A stretch of DNA of 64,000 nucleotides, from NCBI GenBank assembly GCA_963678065.2, contig CAXXVZ010000005.1, forward strand, positions 960,001 through 1,024,000. The letters are read 5' to 3'. The DNA is from Treponemataceae bacterium (GTDB lineage: Bacteria; Spirochaetota; Spirochaetia; Treponematales; Rectinemataceae). Shown piece after piece: positions 19,026 through 27,673 of this stretch (positions are counted from its first letter, which is position 1; each line of letters starts with the position of its first letter). Made by a program: the position numbers and the translations under genes. The notes beneath the pieces were generated by a model. It ran no database searches and was not told the DNA's origin. It saw only the letters and a list, made by a program, of their open reading frames with translations.

Positions 19026-19865
19026 ATGCGCAACAACCCGACTTCCGCCATCCGGCGCACGCTCACATATGTCGTACTCATTTCGATCCTGATTTTGTTT
19101 TTCCTTCCGCTCCTGAGCATGCTCAGCGTATCATTCAAATCGGAAGACGAGATCTACAAGTCATCGACAGCCCTGTTTCCGAAACACCTGTCATTCGCGA
19201 ATTACGCGGACGCCCTGACAAAAATCGATCTGCTCAAATACCTGTACAATACGATCGCCGTTTCCGTCCTCTACACGGTTTCCTGCACATTCTCCAGCGC
19301 GATGGCAGGTTATGCGCTTGCGCGGTTCAACATCCGCGAAAACAAGATATTCTTCACGATCGTGCTCTCCTCCATGATGATCCCCTACATAATTACGCTC
19401 ATTCCCTTTTACCTCCTTGTCAAAAACCTGGGGCTGAACGACATGCACCTGCTCTGGTTGGTATACGGACTGGGGGGCGCTCCGTTTCTGATTTATCTGT
19501 ACCGGCAATTTTTCGCCACAATCCCGAATTCTTTCGAGGAATCGGCGCGGATGGATGGAGCGGGGAGATTGTCGATATTTTTCAAAATCATGTTCCCGCT
19601 GGTCAAATCGGGGACAATAATCACGGCGATATTCGCTTTCCAGTGGTCCTGGCAGAATTACATCATGCCGGCGCTGTTTCTGAGTTCGCTGAAAACCACA
19701 CTCGCCGTCATGATCAACACCGCTTTCGTGGACGTCCAGCAGAATATCCTTCTCGGGGAATTGATGGCCGGCGTCATGTACTACATCGCTATTCCCCTGA
19801 TCCTGTTTTTCGTATTCCAGAAATACATCATGCAAGGAATGCTCGACGGCGGAGTGAAAGGATGA
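19026..19865 (+). CDS. Carbohydrate ABC permease
   Basis: FEESARMDGAG, GGVKG end. Confidence 0.92.
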   Translation: MRNNPTSAIRRTLTYVVLISILILFFLPLLSMLSVSFKSEDEIYKSSTALFPKHLSFANYADALTKIDLLKYLYNTIAVSVLYTVSCTFSSAMAGYALARFNIRENKIFFTIVLSSMMIPYIITLIPFYLLVKNLGLNDMHLLWLVYGLGGAPFLIYLYRQFFATIPNSFEESARMDGAGRLSIFFKIMFPLVKSGTIITAIFAFQWSWQNYIMPALFLSSLKTTLAVMINTAFVDVQQNILLGELMAGVMYYIAIPLILFFVFQKYIMQGMLDGGVKG

Positions 19866-19920
19866 TCTCCGGGAGCGGGCGCGGCGGATCGCTGCGAAGT
19901 TGAAGTGAATCGACACAGTT

Positions 19921-19974
19921 TTGATTTTTTCAATCATTATTTTGCTTGACATAATCTCTCAAGATGCTTATCGT
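19921..19974 (+). promoter_or_regulatory. Operator copy 3 (TTGATT-TTTTC-AATCA) and internal promoter TTGACA-17-TATCGT
   Basis: Located upstream of the catabolic genes. Confidence 0.6.
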
Positions 19975-20016
19975 AATCATGACCTTGACGTGAAACTGCG
20001 CGAGGAGAGGATCGAA

Positions 20017-21423
20017 ATGGATTTACGCATCGGTCTTTTGGGTCTCTATGTGAAGCTGTATGACGACAAATCGCCGGAAATACGCGCTGAAATCGAGAAT
20101 TTTTACGACACCATAGCGAACTCTTTCGAAAAGACGGGGATGAGTGTCACCAGGAACAGTCTCTGCCGGCTCAAGCCCGAATTCGATTCCGCGGTGAAAA
20201 GCTTTGAAAAAAACGAAGTCGACGCGATCGTGACCCTGCACCTCGCGTATTCGCCCTCGCTGGAATCCATCGACAGTCTCATGGAAACCGACATTCCCCT
20301 CATCGTGCTGGACACGACGCCGGATTATTCCTTCGGCCCGGACGGAAAACCATCGATGATTTCGTTCAACCACGGCATCCACGGCGTCCAGGATATGTGC
20401 AGCCTCCTCGTCCGGTATGGCAGGAAATTTTATATCGAGGCGGGGCACTGGCAGAAATCGGATGTGCTGAAACGGGTCTCAGGCAGGGTTCGGGCGATAG
20501 CCGCGGCCAAAAAATTCAGGGATTCCCGGATCGGCGTGATCGGAGAACGATTCCCCGGCATGGGCGATTTTCTCGTCGAACCCGGGAATCTGCGGACCCG
20601 ATTCGGAATCGAAACGGTCGCCTACCACTCAAGAGACGCCGTTCCCGAGGTTCCGGCAGTCCCCGGCGTCTTGGCTGCCGCTGAACCGGTCCGGAGAGAA
20701 GCGGAATATTATCGCACTTTCATGAAAACGGACCGCGTGCCCGCAGACATCATGGATGGAAATATCCGCGCCGCGCTGTCCCTGCGCGAGTGGGTGAAAC
20801 GGGAAAAACTCGACGGCTTCACCTTCAATTTTTTGTCGATATCGCGGGAATCGGCTATCGACAGGGTGCCGTTTCTTTTTGCCGCCGTCGGCATGTTCGA
20901 GGGGCTCGGCTATGCGGGCGAAGGCGATGTCCTGACGGCGGCCCTCGTCGCCGCTCTCCTGAAGCTCAACCCCGAAACCTCTTTCACCGAGATGTTCTGT
21001 CCCGACTGGGAAGGAGGAAGGATATTCCTCTCACACATGGGAGAAATCAATCCCAGGGTTTGCCCGGAAACAGCGGAGGCTGTGCATAAAGAGAACAAAT
21101 ATACGGATGCGTCTCCGACCGTGTATTCCACGGGCCAGTTCAGGAAAGGCGATGCGATCCTCGTGAATCTCGTTCCGATGAGCGAAAGCGAATTCCGGCT
21201 CATCGTATGTCCCGTCAGCGTGGAAGAGGAGCCGGATTGTGCGTTTGTCGATTCGGTTCACGGCTGGATCAGGCCGGCACTGCCAGTCGGCGATTTTCTC
21301 AGACAGTTCAGCCTTCTGGGGGGAACACATCATTCGGCCCTCGTCTACGGCGAACTCGTCGAGACGATCAGGACTTTCGGAGAAACGCTGGGCTTCGATG
21401 TCCGCGTGATCGACCGGTCATGA
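20017..21423 (+). CDS. L-arabinose/L-fucose isomerase-like protein
   Basis: HLAYSPS, NHGIHGVQD, GYAGEGD, SFTEMF, SHMGE, GGTHHSAL. ATG 20017 follows AGGAGAGG. Confidence 0.85.
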   Translation: MDLRIGLLGLYVKLYDDKSPEIRAEIENFYDTIANSFEKTGMSVTRNSLCRLKPEFDSAVKSFEKNEVDAIVTLHLAYSPSLESIDSLMETDIPLIVLDTTPDYSFGPDGKPSMISFNHGIHGVQDMCSLLVRYGRKFYIEAGHWQKSDVLKRVSGRVRAIAAAKKFRDSRIGVIGERFPGMGDFLVEPGNLRTRFGIETVAYHSRDAVPEVPAVPGVLAAAEPVRREAEYYRTFMKTDRVPADIMDGNIRAALSLREWVKREKLDGFTFNFLSISRESAIDRVPFLFAAVGMFEGLGYAGEGDVLTAALVAALLKLNPETSFTEMFCPDWEGGRIFLSHMGEINPRVCPETAEAVHKENKYTDASPTVYSTGQFRKGDAILVNLVPMSESEFRLIVCPVSVEEEPDCAFVDSVHGWIRPALPVGDFLRQFSLLGGTHHSALVYGELVETIRTFGETLGFDVRVIDRS

Positions 21424-21455
21424 CGGACCATTCCGGCGCGAAGGAGGCGGGAACC

Positions 21456-22526
21456 ATGAAAGAACTCTTTGTCGTCAACGAAAATGACAAGCGCATATAC
21501 CGGGAAGAACTCGAGAATTTCCTGCCCGGGGAAATCATAGACATCCATACACATGTCTGGCTGGAAAAATACACGGCGCGGAACGCGGAAACAAAAAAAA
21601 GGGCTGTCACATGGCCCTCACTGGTGGCAAAAGAGAATCCGATAGAGGATCTTCAGGAAACATACCGCCTCATGTTTCCGGGCAAAAAGGTGACGCCTCT
21701 CATATTCAGCGCCATAAAACGGAACGACGACCAGGAAGCCCTGAACGGCTACATCGCGGATTGCGGCGCGAAATACGGAGTACCGACGCTTCTCTACGCT
21801 TTCCCGGAATGGAGTGCCGAGGATCTTTTTTCGAGGATCACGCGGGGGCATCACCTGGGCGTGAAGGTGTATCTGAACCTCGCGCCCGAGTACATACCGG
21901 AAAAAGAAATACGGATATTCGATTTCATTCCGCACCACCAGCTGGAATTGCTGAATTCGAAAAAGATGATCCTCATGCTTCATATCCCGCGGGACGGACG
22001 ACTGGGAGATCCTGTCAATCTGGCGCAGATGCTGGAAATCGAAGAGCGCTATCCCGACATCAATGTCATCTACGCCCATATAGGAAGGGCTTATTGTCCC
22101 GAGGACTTCGGGAAGGCGTTCGAGCTGGCAAAAAAAACGAAAAAACTCACCTTCGATTTTTCGGCCACGACGCAGGATGAAGCCATGTACCGGGCTCTCG
22201 ACTCGGTCGGAGCGGATCGTCTCATGTTCGGTTCCGACCTTCCGATCCTCAGGATGCGCATGCGGCGCATCTGCGAGAACGGCAGGTACGTGAACATAGT
22301 GCCGAAAGGAATGTATGGCGATGTTTCCGGAGATCCGAACATGCGTGAAGCGGATGAGGAGGAAGGCGGAAAGCTGACGTTCTTCATGTACGAGGAATTG
22401 CGGGCGTTCAAGAGGGCGGCGGCGAGAGCGGGCCTTACACGCGGCGAGATCGGGCGGATCTTCTGCGGCAACGCCAAAGACATGATTCATGCGGTCAAAA
22501 TGAATCTCTACGGAGAAGCTTTCTAG
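21456..22526 (+). CDS. Amidohydrolase superfamily metalloenzyme (Amidohydro_2-like)
   Basis: DIHTH, LHIPR, AHIGR, FGSDLP. AAGGAGG RBS; alternative start 21420. Confidence 0.85.
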   Translation: MKELFVVNENDKRIYREELENFLPGEIIDIHTHVWLEKYTARNAETKKRAVTWPSLVAKENPIEDLQETYRLMFPGKKVTPLIFSAIKRNDDQEALNGYIADCGAKYGVPTLLYAFPEWSAEDLFSRITRGHHLGVKVYLNLAPEYIPEKEIRIFDFIPHHQLELLNSKKMILMLHIPRDGRLGDPVNLAQMLEIEERYPDINVIYAHIGRAYCPEDFGKAFELAKKTKKLTFDFSATTQDEAMYRALDSVGADRLMFGSDLPILRMRMRRICENGRYVNIVPKGMYGDVSGDPNMREADEEEGGKLTFFMYEELRAFKRAAARAGLTRGEIGRIFCGNAKDMIHAVKMNLYGEAF

Positions 22527-22613
22527 TCGATGGGCCGCGATTTCCGGACGCCGGTGTCGGTATCGGAGCCGGTGTCGGGGCGCGGGTCACATCCTTCGCG
22601 CGGAGCGTACAAC

Positions 22614-24095
22614 ATGGAATACTTCATCGGGCTTGATCTCGGAAGCACGGCGATAAAGGGAGTTGTGGTTTCCGGCGAAGGGAAGGTGCTCGGGACAGCG
22701 GAAGCGAGGATACAAAAGATCGAGAGCGGCGACGAGACCGCATTCGAGATCGACCCTGAGCTCTTTATCGACGCGGTATTCGGGATCATCAGGCAACTCT
22801 CTTCAGGCAGGGAAAACATAAAGGCCATTTCCTGGGTCTCCGCGAGCGGAAACATCCTTCTGCTCGATGAGAAAAACCAACCCTGTGCGCCGATGATCAG
22901 CTGGCTGGATACGCGGCCTCTGGACGGCAGCGTCGAGGAGTCGCTGGCGGGCATTCCCGTCGAAGCGGTTTACGGGATTGTCGGATGGCCTTTTTCATGG
23001 CAGTTTCCGTTCGGACGCCTTCTGTGGCTGCGCGAGAATCGTCCGGAACTGATGCGCAGGACACTCAGAATCTGCACGAGCAACGACTATCTCGGATATC
23101 GCCTGACCGGAACCTGGGCGATAGACAATTCCACCGCGACGACACTGTACGTGTACGACCAGGTCGGAAAGCGCAAAAACGCCTCTTTCATCGGCCTCCT
23201 CGGATTGAAGCCGGAAATGTTTTCCGACCTTCGCGAGGTCGGGACTCTCCAGGGAAGGATACGTGCGGGAGCATGCAGCCGGACCGGGCTGAACGAAAAC
23301 ACACAAGTCTTTCTCGGATCCTTCGATCATCCGGGCGCAGCCAGGGCATTGAATATACACAGCCAGAGACAGCTGCTGGTGTCCTGCGGCACATCCTGGG
23401 TCGGACTGGTCACGCTTCCGGACAGAAACGCGGGCATCAGGCGGAACATGCTGCTGGATCCCTACGAATCGGGATCGGGCGGCGCATGGTGCGGAATATT
23501 CAGTCTGACAGCAATCGGAAAGACCTTCGATTCCTGGGTAGCCGAAACCTTCAGACGCTGCGGAAAATGGCCCGAGCTGTTTTCCGCAAACGGAAACGCC
23601 GACATGGCGGAACTTTTCCGGATCATGAACCACGAGGCGGGTATTGTCGATCCGCGCGACGCCATTCCGGTTCTGGATATGAGAGGAATGAAACCCGACG
23701 CGGGTAGCCTGGGAACCCTGTTGGGCCATCATTCTCCAGGCAAAATCTTCAGGGCATTGATGGAATGCACGGCATTCGAATTCAAAAAACTGCTTCATGA
23801 AAAAGAAGTGGATCTTGGCGCCATCGATGAAATATCGATGGTCGGAGGGCCGACGGAAAGCCCCGTCTGGCGTCAGATACTCGCCGACGTTCTGGCGAAG
23901 CCTGTCAGTATCCGTTTCGGCAAAACAGCGGGAGCCGTCGGAGCCGCGATCATCGCCGCGAATGGAGCGGGATTCCGTCTGGAAATGAAGGAAGCCGGCA
24001 TGAGGATCGACCCCGACAGGAACTCCGTGAGCATGCTCGAAGAACGATACGGCCGTTTCCGGGAACACAGACTGGAGGAATCATGTCAGACATAA
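22614..24095 (+). CDS. FGGY-family carbohydrate kinase (xylulokinase-like)
   Basis: IGLDLGST, ISWLD, SCGTSWV, VGGPTES..WRQILADV. Confidence 0.88.
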   Translation: MEYFIGLDLGSTAIKGVVVSGEGKVLGTAEARIQKIESGDETAFEIDPELFIDAVFGIIRQLSSGRENIKAISWVSASGNILLLDEKNQPCAPMISWLDTRPLDGSVEESLAGIPVEAVYGIVGWPFSWQFPFGRLLWLRENRPELMRRTLRICTSNDYLGYRLTGTWAIDNSTATTLYVYDQVGKRKNASFIGLLGLKPEMFSDLREVGTLQGRIRAGACSRTGLNENTQVFLGSFDHPGAARALNIHSQRQLLVSCGTSWVGLVTLPDRNAGIRRNMLLDPYESGSGGAWCGIFSLTAIGKTFDSWVAETFRRCGKWPELFSANGNADMAELFRIMNHEAGIVDPRDAIPVLDMRGMKPDAGSLGTLLGHHSPGKIFRALMECTAFEFKKLLHEKEVDLGAIDEISMVGGPTESPVWRQILADVLAKPVSIRFGKTAGAVGAAIIAANGAGFRLEMKEAGMRIDPDRNSVSMLEERYGRFREHRLEESCQT

Positions 24096-25651
24096 AGAAT
24101 TGTTTCGTACCGATAAAAGAGTCCCTGAGAACCTTGTTGGGAAACGAGTATGTCGACCGGGCGATAAAGGCCGCGGGGTTTTTCGAGCCGGAGCGGCTGG
24201 GCGAAATCAGAGACGCCGCCGACGAAGTGGTCGATTTCTACCCCGAAAGCATGAGAGCCAGGTGCGACGAACTGCTCGCATCGGTCGGATCGGTGGTCTG
24301 CCCCGAGTTGGCCGATCAGACGGCCGGAGCGCCGACGGATTCATTCAGGAAGGCCCAGAACAACAAGGCTTCGCCGATCGCCGGCTACGGCTTTCTGCGT
24401 ATCGCCCAGAACGGGAAGCTGTACCTGGTTTCGAAGAGCGAACACTACCACGCCTCGCTCGGGCACAGCTTCCCTGGTTACCGCCTGATCGAGAACGCGA
24501 AAAAGCTCGGAATCGCCAACATCACCCACAACAATACGCGCGGACACATACAGCGCCTCCTTGAACGGGAACTGGTGCGCGTCATCAACGACATCGAGGA
24601 AGGAGAGGCCGCCGAATCGCTCATCGACGCGGCCATCGCTTCGGCCGAGCCCCACACGCTCAATCGCGTCATCAATCTCGAGACGGGCAGCATAGCCTGC
24701 GAAGCGGCCCTGAAAATGATGCTGGCCCGATTCTACAGCCACGAAGCCACGGGAAAGAAACCGGAATACGCGGGAAAGACGCCCGTCATTCTCGTCATGG
24801 CCGACAACGACGGAGGATTGCAGGCCAATTACCATGGCACCAATATCTTCAACCAGATGCTGCGCGGGATGTGGCCCGGCATGTACGAAAAGCTCGAACG
24901 GTCGGGAACGATGATCGTCAGGCCGGTGCGGATCAACGACGCGGAGCATTTCAGGAAGACGGTCGAAGAGTGGGAGGGCGGCGCATTCAAGATCGCCGGA
25001 TTCTTCCACGAGATAATCCTCATGAATTACGGGGCGATCAAACTCGACAGGGAATACCTGCGCGAGGCGTACAGAATATGCGAGTCCCGCGATATTCCCG
25101 TATGCTGCGACGAGATACAGTCCTGCATCTGGTATCCCGACCTCTTCCTGTTCAAGGAATACGGCCTTGAGCCGGATTTCGTCACGCTCGGGAAAGGGTT
25201 CCCGGGAGGACAGTATCCCGCCTCGAAAGTGATCACGACGGCAGCCATGGACAATCTGAGCCAGTTCGGCGCCCTCGTGACGAACGGGCAGGAAGAGCTG
25301 GCCGCGATCTCGTACCTCGTGACCATGAAGTTCGCGCTCGCCAACCGGGATATCACGGTGAAGGTCGGCGATTATTTCGAGACCAGCCTGCGAGAGGTGG
25401 CCGCCCGGCATTCCGGTCTCGTCAACAAAGTGGAGGGATTCCGCCTCCTCGCCTCGCTCTATTTCCACTCCGCGGACAAGGCCATCGCCTTCGTGAAGCT
25501 CCTCAACGGACAGTGCATCGATATCAGCGCGCACACATACAAGGCGAACTGCGAACCTTCGGCGCTGATGAAGCTGCCGCTCACCGCGACCTTCGCGCTC
25601 GCGGATTTCATGACAACGCGGATCGACGCGGCCCTCGCCGCGCTCGAATGA
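24083..25651 (+). CDS. Atypical class III PLP-dependent aminotransferase
   Basis: ASLGH, TGSIACEAALK, NYHG, DEIQS, PDFVTLGKG (PLP Lys). Confidence 0.85.
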   Translation: MSDIKNCFVPIKESLRTLLGNEYVDRAIKAAGFFEPERLGEIRDAADEVVDFYPESMRARCDELLASVGSVVCPELADQTAGAPTDSFRKAQNNKASPIAGYGFLRIAQNGKLYLVSKSEHYHASLGHSFPGYRLIENAKKLGIANITHNNTRGHIQRLLERELVRVINDIEEGEAAESLIDAAIASAEPHTLNRVINLETGSIACEAALKMMLARFYSHEATGKKPEYAGKTPVILVMADNDGGLQANYHGTNIFNQMLRGMWPGMYEKLERSGTMIVRPVRINDAEHFRKTVEEWEGGAFKIAGFFHEIILMNYGAIKLDREYLREAYRICESRDIPVCCDEIQSCIWYPDLFLFKEYGLEPDFVTLGKGFPGGQYPASKVITTAAMDNLSQFGALVTNGQEELAAISYLVTMKFALANRDITVKVGDYFETSLREVAARHSGLVNKVEGFRLLASLYFHSADKAIAFVKLLNGQCIDISAHTYKANCEPSALMKLPLTATFALADFMTTRIDAALAALE

Positions 25652-25668
25652 GGCGAGGATAAGGAAGC

Positions 25669-25749
25669 ATGGACGCGGTGGCGCGCAACCCGCAGGTTCT
25701 CGTGCGCTCGTCCTCGGAATTTCCCTTCGTCCCTGCGGCAGTACTATGA
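25669..25749 (+). other. 26-aa mini-ORF with good RBS (peptide or gene remnant)
   Basis: AAGGAAGC-ATG, MDAVARNPQVLVRSSSEFPFVPAAVL*. Fills the gap between two operon genes. Confidence 0.3.
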
Positions 25750-25764
25750 AAGCGGAGGTCTCAG

Positions 25765-26847
25765 ATGGACATCGAGAGAATCGTCGCTCAGTATGAAGAG
25801 AGGCGGGAAAGCGTTTATGCCCTAATTTCCGGCCTGTATAATCCCGCGGGCGCGACGAAATTCATGGTCCGTCAGATCGTGCCCGCCAATCTCTGGCACG
25901 ACTGCAACGACATTCCGCGCATCGTCGAAAACAATCTCGATTTTTTTGCCCGGCAGCTGGCGACGCCGAGCGACGATCTGCCTTTTCTCGAACCCTGGAT
26001 CGGCACGGGCGTCTACGCGAACGCATTCGGCTGCGACTATATCTGGCGCGAGAAAGAGGCGCCCGCGACCCAGTACCGCTATCACTCGATCGATGAGCTC
26101 GGGGACCTGTCCTACCCCGACTGGAAGGAAAGTCCCGTCATGCGCATGGTGCTCTCCTGCATCGACGCCTTGCACGAGAGCACCGGAGGCAGACTCCCCA
26201 TATCGCTCACCGACACGCAGTCGGCCTTCGACACGGCGACCCTCATCCTCGATGCCGCCGAGCTTTTCACCGCCTGCTATACCGAAGAGGACGCGGTCCA
26301 CGGTTTCATGACGCAGATAAACAAGCTCATCATCGAGTTTTCACGGGTACAGACAGAGCGCATCGGCGCCGGCATGGTCGCGAGCCCGGGCCATCAGATG
26401 CCGGGGATGCCCGGAATCGGAGGACTCTCGCTCAGCGACGACAACCTCGCCGTCGCGTCGCCCCACATAAACGAACTCATATCGTTCCCGCAGAACCGCT
26501 CGCTGGCGGAGGCCTTCGGCGGTCTCGCCATCCACAGCTGCGGCCGCTGGGCCCACACGATGGCGCTTCTCGACAGACTGCCCGGCACGACGATGATCGA
26601 CTGCGCGCTTTCTCCTGACTGCGATCCGTCCTGGAACGAGCCGGAAGAAGTGCGCGATGCCCTGGCCGGCAAGAACATCGTGGCGAAGGTCCGCACCGGC
26701 TGCGATGTGGAAAAGACCATCGACATGCTCGCGAGACTGTACCATCCGAGCCTCAAGCTCTGCGTCGAGATAGGTTTCGACGAGGCTCGCGCGGAGGAGA
26801 ATCATGACCGCGTGCGAAGGGCGCTCGAGTCGCTCTATTTCGGATGA
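25765..26847 (+). CDS. Uroporphyrinogen decarboxylase/MtaA-CmuA family protein
   Basis: ANAFG, TDTQSAFD, LSDD, IHSCG Zn-binding motif. Confidence 0.78.
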   Translation: MDIERIVAQYEERRESVYALISGLYNPAGATKFMVRQIVPANLWHDCNDIPRIVENNLDFFARQLATPSDDLPFLEPWIGTGVYANAFGCDYIWREKEAPATQYRYHSIDELGDLSYPDWKESPVMRMVLSCIDALHESTGGRLPISLTDTQSAFDTATLILDAAELFTACYTEEDAVHGFMTQINKLIIEFSRVQTERIGAGMVASPGHQMPGMPGIGGLSLSDDNLAVASPHINELISFPQNRSLAEAFGGLAIHSCGRWAHTMALLDRLPGTTMIDCALSPDCDPSWNEPEEVRDALAGKNIVAKVRTGCDVEKTIDMLARLYHPSLKLCVEIGFDEARAEENHDRVRRALESLYFG

Positions 26848-26901
26848 CGAGGGAATCCGCTCGCTCGCGGCCCGACGGCCGTCTCATTCCGCACGGCCGG
26901 C

Positions 26902-27552
26902 TCATTCCGCGATGAGGGGCCCCACGTAGGAATGCGAGAAATCCATGTCGGCGAGAAGGGCTTCGTTGAAGGCACCGGGATCTTTTCGCGCGAAGGCTTC
27001 GATCAGCGAGCGGTGTATATGGAAGGATCGACCTGAGTCCTGGCTTTGGAAATTGATCGAGAGATAGGGGCCAATCCGCGCCCAGAGCCCATTCACGATC
27101 TCGAGCAGTATCGGGCAATCCGCGAACGAATAGATGAAAAAATGCATGTCGTGATTCAGGGCGATGAAGCGCTTCGCGTCGATCTTTGCCCCGCCCATCT
27201 CATCGAGAATGCGCGAGGCTTCATCGATGGCGCTCTCCGGCCTCAAGAGACAGGCCCGCTCCCCGAGGCGGGGCTCGAGAATCCTCCGTATCGAAAAAAT
27301 CTCCTCGAACTGAGCCCGGTTGAGCGTGTTGATGCGATAATCTCTGTTGTCCCGCCGGAGGACGACCTTATCGGACTCCAGCTGGACCAGAGCCTCTCTG
27401 ACCGGCGCGACGCTGACACCGAATTTGGCGGAGAGGTCCCGCAAGGTTATGGATTCTCCCGGTAAAAGTTCCCCGGCGATGATGAGATCCCGCAGGCTCG
27501 CGTAGACTTTGGCCCGGAGGGTCTCCTTGCTGATAGCGGCTATCTCGGCCAT
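26902..27552 (-). CDS. GntR/FadR-family regulator (FCD domain)
   Basis: VYASLRDLIIAGELLPG, FGVSVAPVREAL, NHDMH. Confidence 0.92.
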   Translation of the reverse strand: MAEIAAISKETLRAKVYASLRDLIIAGELLPGESITLRDLSAKFGVSVAPVREALVQLESDKVVLRRDNRDYRINTLNRAQFEEIFSIRRILEPRLGERACLLRPESAIDEASRILDEMGGAKIDAKRFIALNHDMHFFIYSFADCPILLEIVNGLWARIGPYLSINFQSQDSGRSFHIHRSLIEAFARKDPGAFNEALLADMDFSHSYVGPLIAE

Positions 27553-27673
27553 GTACCTTGTGCTCCCGGCATCCAGCCAAGCGGTTCCGACCGCGGGATG
27601 CGCTCGCCCGAATGGGTGGATAGAGTATAGAGACTGCACCTTCTCCGTACAAGATCGCCGAAAACCGTCTCCA

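Noticed and set aside
22550..22578. Short repeat GCCGGTGTCGG x2 before the FGGY kinase
   Set aside because: Only two short copies in GC-rich DNA, with no further structure.
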